In this document: positions 17,414 through 25,278 of the stretch, one piece after another | Numbering within the stretch: position 1 is the stretch's first letter | How the letters are laid out: the number at the start of each line of letters is the position of its first letter | IMG/VR virus record: IMGVR_UViG_3300017774_005552 | Coordinates: 1-26,059 of that record | Direction: 5' to 3' (one strand) | From: a virus | Taxonomy: Duplodnaviria > Caudoviricetes | DNA: 26,059 nt | Made by a program: the position numbers and the translations under genes | Notes under the pieces: model-generated | Told to the model about the DNA's origin: nothing | The model's input: the letters and a program-made list of their open reading frames with translations, nothing else | The model's database searches: none

Positions 17414-20400
17414 TGGCTGGAGCAAGAATACAACTCAAGAGGGGAACCGCCTCTCAATGGACTAATGCGAACACTGTCCTATTCGTAGGTGAAATTGGAT
17501 ACGAGACCGATACAGCCAAGTTCAAGATAGGCAACGGCACAAGCGCATGGGTGGATTTGGCTTATGCCACGGCAAACAATGGTCAGAGCGTATCAACATC
17601 AGCGTCACCAACCTTTGCTGGTTTGAATCTAAACGGCAATGTTGTCTTTGAGGGTGCAACCGCTAACGAATTTGAAACAACTCTTGCTGTAACTGACCCA
17701 ACCGCCGACAGAACCGTCACATTTCAAGATGCAACTGGAACTGTCGTTTTAAGAGACTCTACGGATACTCTCACAAACAAAACTTTGACTAGTCCAACAA
17801 TTACAACTCCAACAATTACTGGAGCGGTATTCAACGATGGCTCGGTGGTTTTTGAAGGTACGACTGCTGATGCCCACGAAACAACTCTCGTAATAACCGA
17901 TCCAACAGCGGATAGAACAATCACTTTCCCTGATGCAAGTGGAACCGTTGCTGTTGGTGGGTCTACGCCAACTTTTGCTCAGGTCACACTAAGTAACGCG
18001 CCAACAGAGTCAACGCATGCGGTAACAAAGCAGTATGCGGACGCTATTGCCGCTGGTATCAACTGGCATGAGTCAGTAAAACTTGCAACTGCCACCGCTC
18101 TGTCTGGTACCCCTACCTACAGTAATGGAACTAACGGTTTGGGTGCAACGCTTACGGCTACCGCCAATGCCCGTCTTTCTGTTGACGGTACGAATGCAAC
18201 AACAAACGACAGAATCCTTGTTAAGAATCAGGCAAATACTGTTCATAACGGTATCTATAAAGTTACCGACCAAGGTTCTGTTAGCACACCATACATCTTG
18301 ACGAGAGCGGTTGACCAAGATGGCGTTTCAGACAATGTCGTTCGTGGTGACGCAACATATGTTGCTGACGGTTCTGTAAACGCTACACAAGGATTCTTGA
18401 TTAGTTCTTCTGGCACTTCTGGTGACAGTTTGCTTCATGTTATTGGAACTGACCCAATTACTTTTACGCAATTTACTGGTACAGCAAACATTACTGCTGG
18501 AACGGGAGTAACAAAGACTGGAAACACTCTCTCAATCGGTCAAAGTGTCGCAACAACTGACAATGTTACTTTTGGTGTTGTCTCTGCTTCCCTCACAGGA
18601 AATGTCACGGGAAATGTTACAGGAAACGTCACGGGCAATGTCTTGGGCAATGTCACAGGCAACGTCACAGGAGCCCTGACTGGTAATGCCAACACTGCCA
18701 CGCAACTTTTCACGGCACGCACTATTGCTGGTCAGTCTTTTGATGGAACTGTTAACATTTCTATCGCTCCAGAAAACTTAACTGGTGTCACCTCATCAGC
18801 CGCTGAATTAAATATTCTTGATGGTGCCCTTTTAAGTACGACAGAACTCAACTATGTAGACGGTGTCACTTCTGCCATTCAGACGCAAATTAACGATAAA
18901 GCAAACAAGGAATCCCCAACATTTACGGGAACGGTTACAATTCCAAGCGGCGCATCCATCTCTGGCTTTGCTCCACTCGCTTCACCCACCTTTACCGGCA
19001 CACCAACTTTGCCAACTGGCACTATTGCCACCACACAAACCGCAAGTAATAACTCCACAGCAGTTGCTACGACCGCCTATGTTGATGCGGCAGGCACTCT
19101 AAAAGCCAACCTTGCTAGTCCTACTTTCACTGGTACGCCAACACTTCCGACTGGAACCATCGCTACAACTCAGACCGCTTCCAATAACTCTACGGCTCTC
19201 GCCACAACAGCCTATGTTGATACAGCAGACGCTCTCAAGGCAAACTTGGCGTCACCTACCTTTACGGGAACCCCAACACTTCCTACGGGAACAATCGCTA
19301 CTACGCAGACCGCTTTGGATAGTTCCACCAAGGTTGCTACAACCGCCTTTGTTACTACGGCAGATGCTCTCAAAGCAAACCTTGCTTCACCAACATTTAC
19401 GGGAACGCCGACTTTACCAAGTGGAACGATTGCCACAACCCAAACGGCAAACAATAACTCTACGGCTCTCGCCACAACAGCCTATGTTGATACAGCAGAC
19501 GCGTTGAAGGCAAACCTCGCCTCACCAACTTTCACTGGCACTCCAACACTGCCGACCGGAACGATTGCTACCACACAAACCGCAAGTAATAACTCCACAG
19601 CAGTTGCCACAACGGCGTATGTTGATACGGCGGATGCTCTCAAGGCGAACCTTGCCAGCCCAACATTTACTGGAACACCTACGCTCCCCACGGGAACTAT
19701 TGCCGTAACTCAGACTTCTCTTGATAATAGTACCAAGGTCGCTACTACTGCCTTCGTTCGTGGAGAAGTTGCGGCACTTGTCAATAGTGCTACCGCAACC
19801 TTGGACACACTTGGTGAAATCGCCAGCGCACTTGGAAACGATGCAAACCTTTCCGCAACGCTTACCGCCAGTATTGGTACAAAAGCGAACACTGCCTCAC
19901 CAACATTTACGGGTACGGTAACAATTCCTACTGGTTCCTCAATTACGCTTCCTACGGTTGCAAGCGGAATCAACCATTCAGGTTCAACTTCGGGGACAAC
20001 CAAATTGCAGGCTTCCGCCGTTGCATCAGGGACAATCACATTGCCTGCTGTAACGGGAACAGTTGTCACAACTGGCGATTCGGGCACGGTGACCAGCACA
20101 ATGATTGCCGATGGAACTATCGTCAATGCCGACATCAATGCTTCAGCGGCTATCGCTTTGAGTAAACTCGCAACAAGCACTGCTGGCAATATTATTGTCT
20201 ACAACTCATCAGGAGTTCCTACTGCTGTTACTGAAACGGGAGATGTAACAATCTCTGATGCTGGTGTCACGGCTATTGCCTCGGGGGTAATCGTTGATGG
20301 TGACATTAACGCTTCAGCGGCTATTGCTCTCAGTAAACTTGCGACAAGTACCGCTGGTAACATTATTGTTTACAACTCGTCTGGCGTGCCGACCGCAGTA

Positions 20401-20820
20401 ACAGAAACAGGAGACATCACAATCTCTGACACTGGCGTTACGGCAATTGGTTCTGGTGTAATCGTTAACGCGGATGTTTCCACAACAGCGGCTATTGACC
20501 TCGGCAAACTCGCTGATATTTCAACAAACGCTCAAACAGCCTCATACACACTGGTTTTGGCAGACAAAAACAAGGTTGTTGAAATGAATGTTGCCTCTGG
20601 CAATACGCTCACTATCCCACCAAACTCGTCGGTTGCGTTCGCTGTTGGAACCCAAATCAGGGTCCTTCAAACAGGCGCAGGTCAATGTACCCTCACAGCG
20701 GGTGCAGGTGTTACAGTAAACGCAACACCGGGTCTGAAACTTAGAGCACAGTGGGCGTCAGCCACACTTCTAAAACGAGCAACAGATACTTGGGTAGCAT
20801 TGGGAGACCTTTCAGCATGA
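17413..20820 (+). CDS. Long tail fibre protein with an Mtd_N-like N-terminal domain and several internal repeat families
   Basis: N-terminus 'IQLKRGTASQWT..N.VL..GEIGYETDT.KFKIGNG...W..L.Y' is the major tropism determinant N-terminal signature. 1135 aa, Thr/Ala-rich, with SPTFTGTPT repeats. Confidence 0.88.
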   Translation: MAGARIQLKRGTASQWTNANTVLFVGEIGYETDTAKFKIGNGTSAWVDLAYATANNGQSVSTSASPTFAGLNLNGNVVFEGATANEFETTLAVTDPTADRTVTFQDATGTVVLRDSTDTLTNKTLTSPTITTPTITGAVFNDGSVVFEGTTADAHETTLVITDPTADRTITFPDASGTVAVGGSTPTFAQVTLSNAPTESTHAVTKQYADAIAAGINWHESVKLATATALSGTPTYSNGTNGLGATLTATANARLSVDGTNATTNDRILVKNQANTVHNGIYKVTDQGSVSTPYILTRAVDQDGVSDNVVRGDATYVADGSVNATQGFLISSSGTSGDSLLHVIGTDPITFTQFTGTANITAGTGVTKTGNTLSIGQSVATTDNVTFGVVSASLTGNVTGNVTGNVTGNVLGNVTGNVTGALTGNANTATQLFTARTIAGQSFDGTVNISIAPENLTGVTSSAAELNILDGALLSTTELNYVDGVTSAIQTQINDKANKESPTFTGTVTIPSGASISGFAPLASPTFTGTPTLPTGTIATTQTASNNSTAVATTAYVDAAGTLKANLASPTFTGTPTLPTGTIATTQTASNNSTALATTAYVDTADALKANLASPTFTGTPTLPTGTIATTQTALDSSTKVATTAFVTTADALKANLASPTFTGTPTLPSGTIATTQTANNNSTALATTAYVDTADALKANLASPTFTGTPTLPTGTIATTQTASNNSTAVATTAYVDTADALKANLASPTFTGTPTLPTGTIAVTQTSLDNSTKVATTAFVRGEVAALVNSATATLDTLGEIASALGNDANLSATLTASIGTKANTASPTFTGTVTIPTGSSITLPTVASGINHSGSTSGTTKLQASAVASGTITLPAVTGTVVTTGDSGTVTSTMIADGTIVNADINASAAIALSKLATSTAGNIIVYNSSGVPTAVTETGDVTISDAGVTAIASGVIVDGDINASAAIALSKLATSTAGNIIVYNSSGVPTAVTETGDITISDTGVTAIGSGVIVNADVSTTAAIDLGKLADISTNAQTASYTLVLADKNKVVEMNVASGNTLTIPPNSSVAFAVGTQIRVLQTGAGQCTLTAGAGVTVNATPGLKLRAQWASATLLKRATDTWVALGDLSA
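18592..18690 (+). repeat. (TGNV)n tetrapeptide repeat in the fibre
   Basis: LTGNVTGNVTGNVTGNVLGNVTGNVTGALTGNA; 12-nt period with synonymous variation. Confidence 0.9.
18970..19760 (+). repeat. About six tandem 135-nt (45-aa) fibre repeats
   Basis: Unit KANLASPTFTGTPTLPTGTIATTQTASNNSTALATTAYVDTADAL, starting near 18970, 19102, 19237, 19372, 19507 and 19642. Confidence 0.92.
20119..20514 (+). repeat. About 2.3 tandem 171-nt (57-aa) fibre repeats
   Basis: IV(N/D)xD(I/V)...AAIxLxKLA starts at 20119, 20290 and 20461. Confidence 0.88.
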
Positions 20821-21362
20821 GCATGACAGGAAGTGGAGATCAGGAGAGTGGAGGCAAAAAGCCGTCTACACCCATCATTGGTGCGTCTACCGTAATACCC
20901 GTCGTCAACAACACAGCGGGCAACTACGCACAACAAGTATCGGTTGCTTTCACTCCATCTGCTTATGCAGGTAAGGGAACCGTCTCTACTTATACTGTTA
21001 CAAGTAGTACTGGTTTTTCAAACACTGGCGCCTCTTCGCCTATTGTTGTTACCAGTCTGCAATCTGGCGTTGCTGTCACCTTTCAGGTTCGCGCAAGAAC
21101 CAGTACGGGGGTGGACTCCGATTTGAGTCAAGGTTCTGCTACGGCGGTCACTCCACCATATTTCCCTCCTTATTTTCCTCCTTATTTCCCACCGTTTTTC
21201 CCGCCTTTCTTCCCTCCGTTTTTCCCGCCTTTCTTCCCTCCGTTCTTCCCTCCGTTTTTTCCGCCTTTCTTTCCTCCTTATTTCCCACCTTATTTCCCAC
21301 CCTTCTTCCCTCCGTTCTTCCCACCATTTTTCCCACCTTATTTCCCACCCGGATTTAAGTAA
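20817..21362 (+). CDS. FN3-like domain protein with a C-terminal PP(Y/F)F tandem-repeat tail; candidate fibre-tip protein
   Basis: ATG 20817 overlaps the fibre stop (ATGA), so it is preferred over the track's GTG at 20751. 'PSTPIIG..VSVAFTP..TYTVTSS..SSPIVVTSLQSG..TFQVRA...G.DS..S' is a fibronectin type III pattern. Confidence 0.85.
   Translation: MSMTGSGDQESGGKKPSTPIIGASTVIPVVNNTAGNYAQQVSVAFTPSAYAGKGTVSTYTVTSSTGFSNTGASSPIVVTSLQSGVAVTFQVRARTSTGVDSDLSQGSATAVTPPYFPPYFPPYFPPFFPPFFPPFFPPFFPPFFPPFFPPFFPPYFPPYFPPFFPPFFPPFFPPYFPPGFK
21153..21356 (+). repeat. 17 tandem 12-nt units encoding PPYF x6, PPFF x10, PPGF x1
   Basis: Third-residue order is YYYFFFFFFFYYFFFYG. All four Pro codons and both Phe codons are used. 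Confidence 0.97.
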
Positions 21363-21399
21363 GATAAAATAAATACCGTTATCAAACACAGGAGTCATC

Positions 21400-21618
21400 A
21401 TGCCACTTTCACAAGAACAACTAAATAAAGCCAAAGCAGAAGCAGTCGCGCATTTGGAGTACTCAATCAACATCCTGTGCAACTCTCTTGGCGTAGATGT
21501 AACAAGCATTGATGACACATATGCTCACGAAGTAGTAGAGGGCGAGCCTCTTTTTCTGACACATGAATTGCTCAAAAAACAGGTCGCCAATCTTGCTCTT
21601 TTAACGAACGGTAACTGA
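21400..21618 (+). CDS. Hypothetical protein (72 aa, helical)
   Basis: AGGAG RBS and TGATG overlap with the next ORF. Confidence 0.75.
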   Translation: MPLSQEQLNKAKAEAVAHLEYSINILCNSLGVDVTSIDDTYAHEVVEGEPLFLTHELLKKQVANLALLTNGN

Positions 21619-21839
21619 TGATGACGATTGAACCAATACTTCAGAAAAAAGAAAACCCTCCTCTCGTCCAAATTCCATTAGGTAGGAATGACAAGAATAT
21701 TGATAACGAAATTGTCCGTTATGACACTGAAAATAAAAGGTTCTTTACAGACAGCACTCCGTTATCAATTGGATGCATGACACCTACTTCTGTTGCTTCA
21801 CCAATAGAAGAAGATGAAGATGAAGAAGGAGAACAATAA
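21618..21839 (+). CDS. Hypothetical protein (73 aa, acidic tail)
   Basis: Coupled to both neighbours. Ends EEDEDEEGEQ. Confidence 0.65.
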   Translation: MMTIEPILQKKENPPLVQIPLGRNDKNIDNEIVRYDTENKRFFTDSTPLSIGCMTPTSVASPIEEDEDEEGEQ

Positions 21840-22172
21840 ATGCCAACCACCTGTAGTGCAGGCTCCACTGACAAACTTTACGATGTTGACTATGTAAAAA
21901 ACAAAGATGAGTATTGGTTCGCTTTTTCAATGATGGTCACTGGTCTTGACCCCGCCAACTTTGCTAATACAACAATTGATGAGCATGTTGAGGCATTGCG
22001 CGAGACATTCAATATGAGCCTTGACCCAGCAGCAACACAACAACACGAGATTTTTTTGCCGACCGCATTTGCTGCTCATCATTGGACACGAAGCCAATAC
22101 AGATCTTTTATATATCAAATGAGACTACGGTGGCAGACGCTACAAATTTGTAAATATCTGGAGACACGATGA
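21840..22172 (+). CDS. Hypothetical protein (110 aa)
   Basis: AAGGAG RBS and ATGA overlap with the next gene. Confidence 0.75.
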   Translation: MPTTCSAGSTDKLYDVDYVKNKDEYWFAFSMMVTGLDPANFANTTIDEHVEALRETFNMSLDPAATQQHEIFLPTAFAAHHWTRSQYRSFIYQMRLRWQTLQICKYLETR

Positions 22173-22897
22173 ACGCAGAAACACTTTTTACCGCTCTTAT
22201 TGCAACCAAACTTTCATCTGTTGGTGTTGAGCATGTAACGGCTTCAAGCAGACAAGAATTTAATGAATATATCGCTGGCTGTAGGCAGACCGCAGTGGAT
22301 GCAAACTTGGATACGAGGCACATCGCGAGAGGGTTTGAGATAAGCACAAACTTCTTCAATATGCTTCACAATATTTCCGAGGACTTGCAAAGTGTTTGGT
22401 TCCAATCAGCCCTTATTGAGGAATTGCTTATTTCTGTAAAGCAACCACAGTCTGTCCTCATACTCAATGGAGCCACATATAGGTTCCGTACACTTGAGGT
22501 GCTTGGACAAATGGAAAACATCTCTATTAATTTTCTGAACAACCACTACTTTTTTTGGTTTGAAGAACATCTAAAAAACACCAACGATAAATACTCTTTT
22601 GGATATAGTGCCTATTTGGAAGATGAACTCATTACCGACAGAACACCAAAATTTGATATGGTTCTTGCCACGGCTCACAACTTTCACCAAAACGACATTT
22701 TTCTTGAATCTATAGTTGATTCATTGAATCCCGGTGGAATTTTGGTTATTGAGGCTGCGAACCATTCTGGTGAAATTTACGCACCAACCTATAAATTTCA
22801 CGAATATTACCCAATGCACGAAATATTGATGAACGCATCAGGTAAATCGTTCCATATAGCCAATTTCTATGGATTTACAGTCTTTGTAAAGGATTAA
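22169..22897 (+). CDS. Class I SAM-dependent methyltransferase-like protein with a degenerate motif I
   Basis: 'KQPQSVLIL', 'KFDMVL' and 'DSLNPGGILVI' are Rossmann methyltransferase motifs. The Gly-rich SAM loop is reduced to 'LNGA'. Confidence 0.6.
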   Translation: MNAETLFTALIATKLSSVGVEHVTASSRQEFNEYIAGCRQTAVDANLDTRHIARGFEISTNFFNMLHNISEDLQSVWFQSALIEELLISVKQPQSVLILNGATYRFRTLEVLGQMENISINFLNNHYFFWFEEHLKNTNDKYSFGYSAYLEDELITDRTPKFDMVLATAHNFHQNDIFLESIVDSLNPGGILVIEAANHSGEIYAPTYKFHEYYPMHEILMNASGKSFHIANFYGFTVFVKD

Positions 22898-22904
22898 GTT
22901 TGTG

Positions 22905-23903
22905 ATGAACATAAGCGACCCCCAAGAGTTCGTTCGCATTACCCAAGATTCCAATGGTGTCAAAGAAGTCGTTAACACATTTTTTGCAGACGCAGAAAGT
23001 AAGAACGATAATTGGCATGATTCTGTTCTTCCAATTTCTATCTATGATATTCGGATTGATGGCGCAGGTGGAAAACAGACAGACATCCTTAGTAAATACA
23101 AAGGAAAAGTTACCTTAATTTTCAATGTTGCCGCTGGGTGCGGGAATATACCTCAGCATGGTGCGTTGGAAGAACTTCACCAAATGTATAAGGACGAGCC
23201 TGACTTTAATGTTTTGGCTGTCGTGGTTGACGACTTCGTATGCCACGGCTATCCAGAATTTCAGCAGGGTCTAGACCATTACATTGCCGAAAACAATCTC
23301 TCAATAACTGCGGGGGAACTTGCAAAACAGTATGCGGAAGAAAATTTTGGTACATCTTTTGAGTTTTCTGAAGTAACAAACGGTAGATGGGATAAGCACA
23401 CATACGACGCAAGTTATGTGCCGGGTAAGGAAAACCTTCAAGAACAGCACCCATTGTGGTGGTATCTGACTGGTGCACACAATGCAGACATTCAGCCAAA
23501 CGGTGTTCCGTATATAACAGAAACAATCCCATGGTCGTACTCCTCGGAACTAGACGAGAACGGAACCATAAATCCCAAAGCATGCGTCAAGGTGCATAGT
23601 CCGCTTGGTGGAAATTTTGAGAAATACCTGATAGACAGAACGGGCACAAAAGTTAAGCGTTATGCCAATGGATTCCTTTTAGGTGAAAGAAATATAAACG
23701 GCGAAACTTTTCCTTGGTTTAATGAGACTTGGAAGGATGACGGTAGGCGAGACCATAACCCCAAGACCGACCCTATGGACGGGGAAATTTACAAGTCATT
23801 CAATGGCAATGGGGTGGAATATCCAAACATTCTTCAAAGAAAAGGCATAGAAGTATCTTTGGAGATAATCAAAAAGGATATTGATTATCTGCTTTCAGAG
23901 TAA
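22905..23903 (+). CDS. Divergent glutathione peroxidase-like (thioredoxin-fold) protein
   Basis: 'LSKYKGKVTLIFNVAAGCG', 'LEELHQMYKD..FNVLAV' and 'NFEKYLIDRTG..VKRY'. The active-site codon is TGC (Cys). Start is ATG 22905 or GTG 22902. Confidence 0.8.
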   Translation: MNISDPQEFVRITQDSNGVKEVVNTFFADAESKNDNWHDSVLPISIYDIRIDGAGGKQTDILSKYKGKVTLIFNVAAGCGNIPQHGALEELHQMYKDEPDFNVLAVVVDDFVCHGYPEFQQGLDHYIAENNLSITAGELAKQYAEENFGTSFEFSEVTNGRWDKHTYDASYVPGKENLQEQHPLWWYLTGAHNADIQPNGVPYITETIPWSYSSELDENGTINPKACVKVHSPLGGNFEKYLIDRTGTKVKRYANGFLLGERNINGETFPWFNETWKDDGRRDHNPKTDPMDGEIYKSFNGNGVEYPNILQRKGIEVSLEIIKKDIDYLLSE

Positions 23904-23916
23904 CCATATCTTGTAG

Positions 23917-24654
23917 ATGACTTCTTTTTACCGAATTGGCTACAAAGGTCCGTGCCTCTACTTTTTACATATTCCCCGAACATCGGGAACATACATTATT
24001 GACAATGTCAGAAGTTTTCTAATTGGTGATAGTTCCGACGATGAGTTAAACCACACTGGTGGCGGTTGGGTATTCACGACTGGACACACTGGTATGAATC
24101 CTTATTACCAAACCAAGTCTCCCTTTAATACTTTTGCAGTGGTCAGAAACCCCTATGAACAGATTTTGAGTTCAGCATCTTTCATGGCTAAACAGCACGA
24201 TGAGGTTTTCAACAATGATTTTTTAGAAAAATTTATCAACAGAGAGTTTGCATCTCGCATGAAAGACCCTCTATTTAATGGAACCCCAAATACACAAACC
24301 AAAATGCTGTCTTGCAGAGTGGTGGGTCTTGATGGTTTTGTTATGAAAAAGCGTGACGAACCAATAGAAAATGTAACATTTATAGAATCCGATTTACAAA
24401 GATATTCATCTATTGAAGAAATAGTCGGGGATAAAACCATACTTTGTTTTGACAATAGAGAATACATAGAAAAATGGATTAGCGATACTATGTTTTCAAT
24501 GGTGGGGTTACGTATGGGGCGGTTTGGCGGTGGTAATGTGAACTCAGCAGACAGGCACGGGATTACTCTCTCCGCAGAGCAAAAACGGCATATCAGGAAT
24601 ACCTCTGAATTGGACTTTGAACTTTATGAATACTCCAAGCGACTTTCAGGATGA
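23917..24654 (+). CDS. Sulfotransferase-family protein
   Basis: 5'-PSB-like 'YFLHIPRTSGT', 3'-PB-like 'FAVVRNPYEQILS' and C-terminal 'LDFELYEY'. Confidence 0.75.
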   Translation: MTSFYRIGYKGPCLYFLHIPRTSGTYIIDNVRSFLIGDSSDDELNHTGGGWVFTTGHTGMNPYYQTKSPFNTFAVVRNPYEQILSSASFMAKQHDEVFNNDFLEKFINREFASRMKDPLFNGTPNTQTKMLSCRVVGLDGFVMKKRDEPIENVTFIESDLQRYSSIEEIVGDKTILCFDNREYIEKWISDTMFSMVGLRMGRFGGGNVNSADRHGITLSAEQKRHIRNTSELDFELYEYSKRLSG

Positions 24655-25276
24655 CCGCTCAATAGAAGAGCCATGGAAAATTAAACCGGGTTATTTTGGT
24701 AGTGGTTCGGAAAACATTCATGTGTTAGAAGATTTTATTGAGCGAGACGACCTGCTCAAAATACAGACTTTTTGCCCAACAATCAGTGAATGGAACAACG
24801 AGGCGGAAAGTGTTTATGCGGAAGACGGAACATGCCTGTATAACGCTGACTACTGGAATGACAGACAGTGCAGTGGCGAAATAATCAAACGGATTAATCC
24901 CGAAATATATCAAATTGTAGATAAATATATCTATAAAATGAAAGACACCATTCAGTCAATTTTCGGTCTACAGGTCTCAGTTCGTCCACCCGTAATTATG
25001 AAGTGGCGTCCGGGGACTGAGCAAAAGCCTCACGCTGACAAACAACTCAACGACGGTAAACCGAACGCGTTTGTTGACTACGATATTAATAGTCTGTTTT
25101 ACTACAATGACGATTTTGATGGTGGTGACCTGTACTACCCCGACCATGGGATAACCGTGCGCCCAAAGCCGGGTTTGGCGGTCATTCATCCGGGTGATGT
25201 GAACTACCTGCACGGTGTAACGATGGTAACGCGTGGGGAACGATACACAACCCCATCCTTCTATACGGTTGAATAG
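24626..25276 (+). CDS. 2OG-Fe(II) oxygenase, prolyl 4-hydroxylase-like
   Basis: HxD ('PHAD'), 'YYNDDFDGGDL', 'PKPGLAVIHP', distal His and 2OG-binding Arg in 'HGVTMVTRGERYT'. ATG 24626 is preferred over TTG 24617. Confidence 0.92.
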   Translation: MNTPSDFQDDRSIEEPWKIKPGYFGSGSENIHVLEDFIERDDLLKIQTFCPTISEWNNEAESVYAEDGTCLYNADYWNDRQCSGEIIKRINPEIYQIVDKYIYKMKDTIQSIFGLQVSVRPPVIMKWRPGTEQKPHADKQLNDGKPNAFVDYDINSLFYYNDDFDGGDLYYPDHGITVRPKPGLAVIHPGDVNYLHGVTMVTRGERYTTPSFYTVE

Positions 25277-25278
25277 TA

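Noticed and set aside
330-20189. Numerous minus-strand and alternate-frame ORFs in the track (e.g. 1081-1635, 6610-7116, 13532-14029, 15084-15368, 19112-19507, 19710-20189)
   Set aside because: They overlap well-supported + strand genes, lack recognisable motifs, and are expected shadows of Thr/Ala/Gly-rich coding sequence.
17413-20820. Diversity-generating retroelement suggested by the Mtd_N-like domain
   Set aside because: No reverse transcriptase and no template/variable repeat pair with adenine-specific differences was seen. Mtd_N occurs in many fibres without a DGR.
21153-21356. Possible CRISPR array or non-coding microsatellite
   Set aside because: 12-nt period with no spacers, in frame within a CDS, and variation concentrated at third codon positions.
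21018-21518. Minus-strand ORF with REERREKR/WEIR repeats (also 21148-21348)
   Set aside because: Antisense shadow of the PP(Y/F)F array. Synonymous variation preserves the + strand peptide, not these.
23125-23160. Selenocysteine in the GPx-like gene
   Set aside because: The active-site codon is TGC and the frame has no internal TGA.
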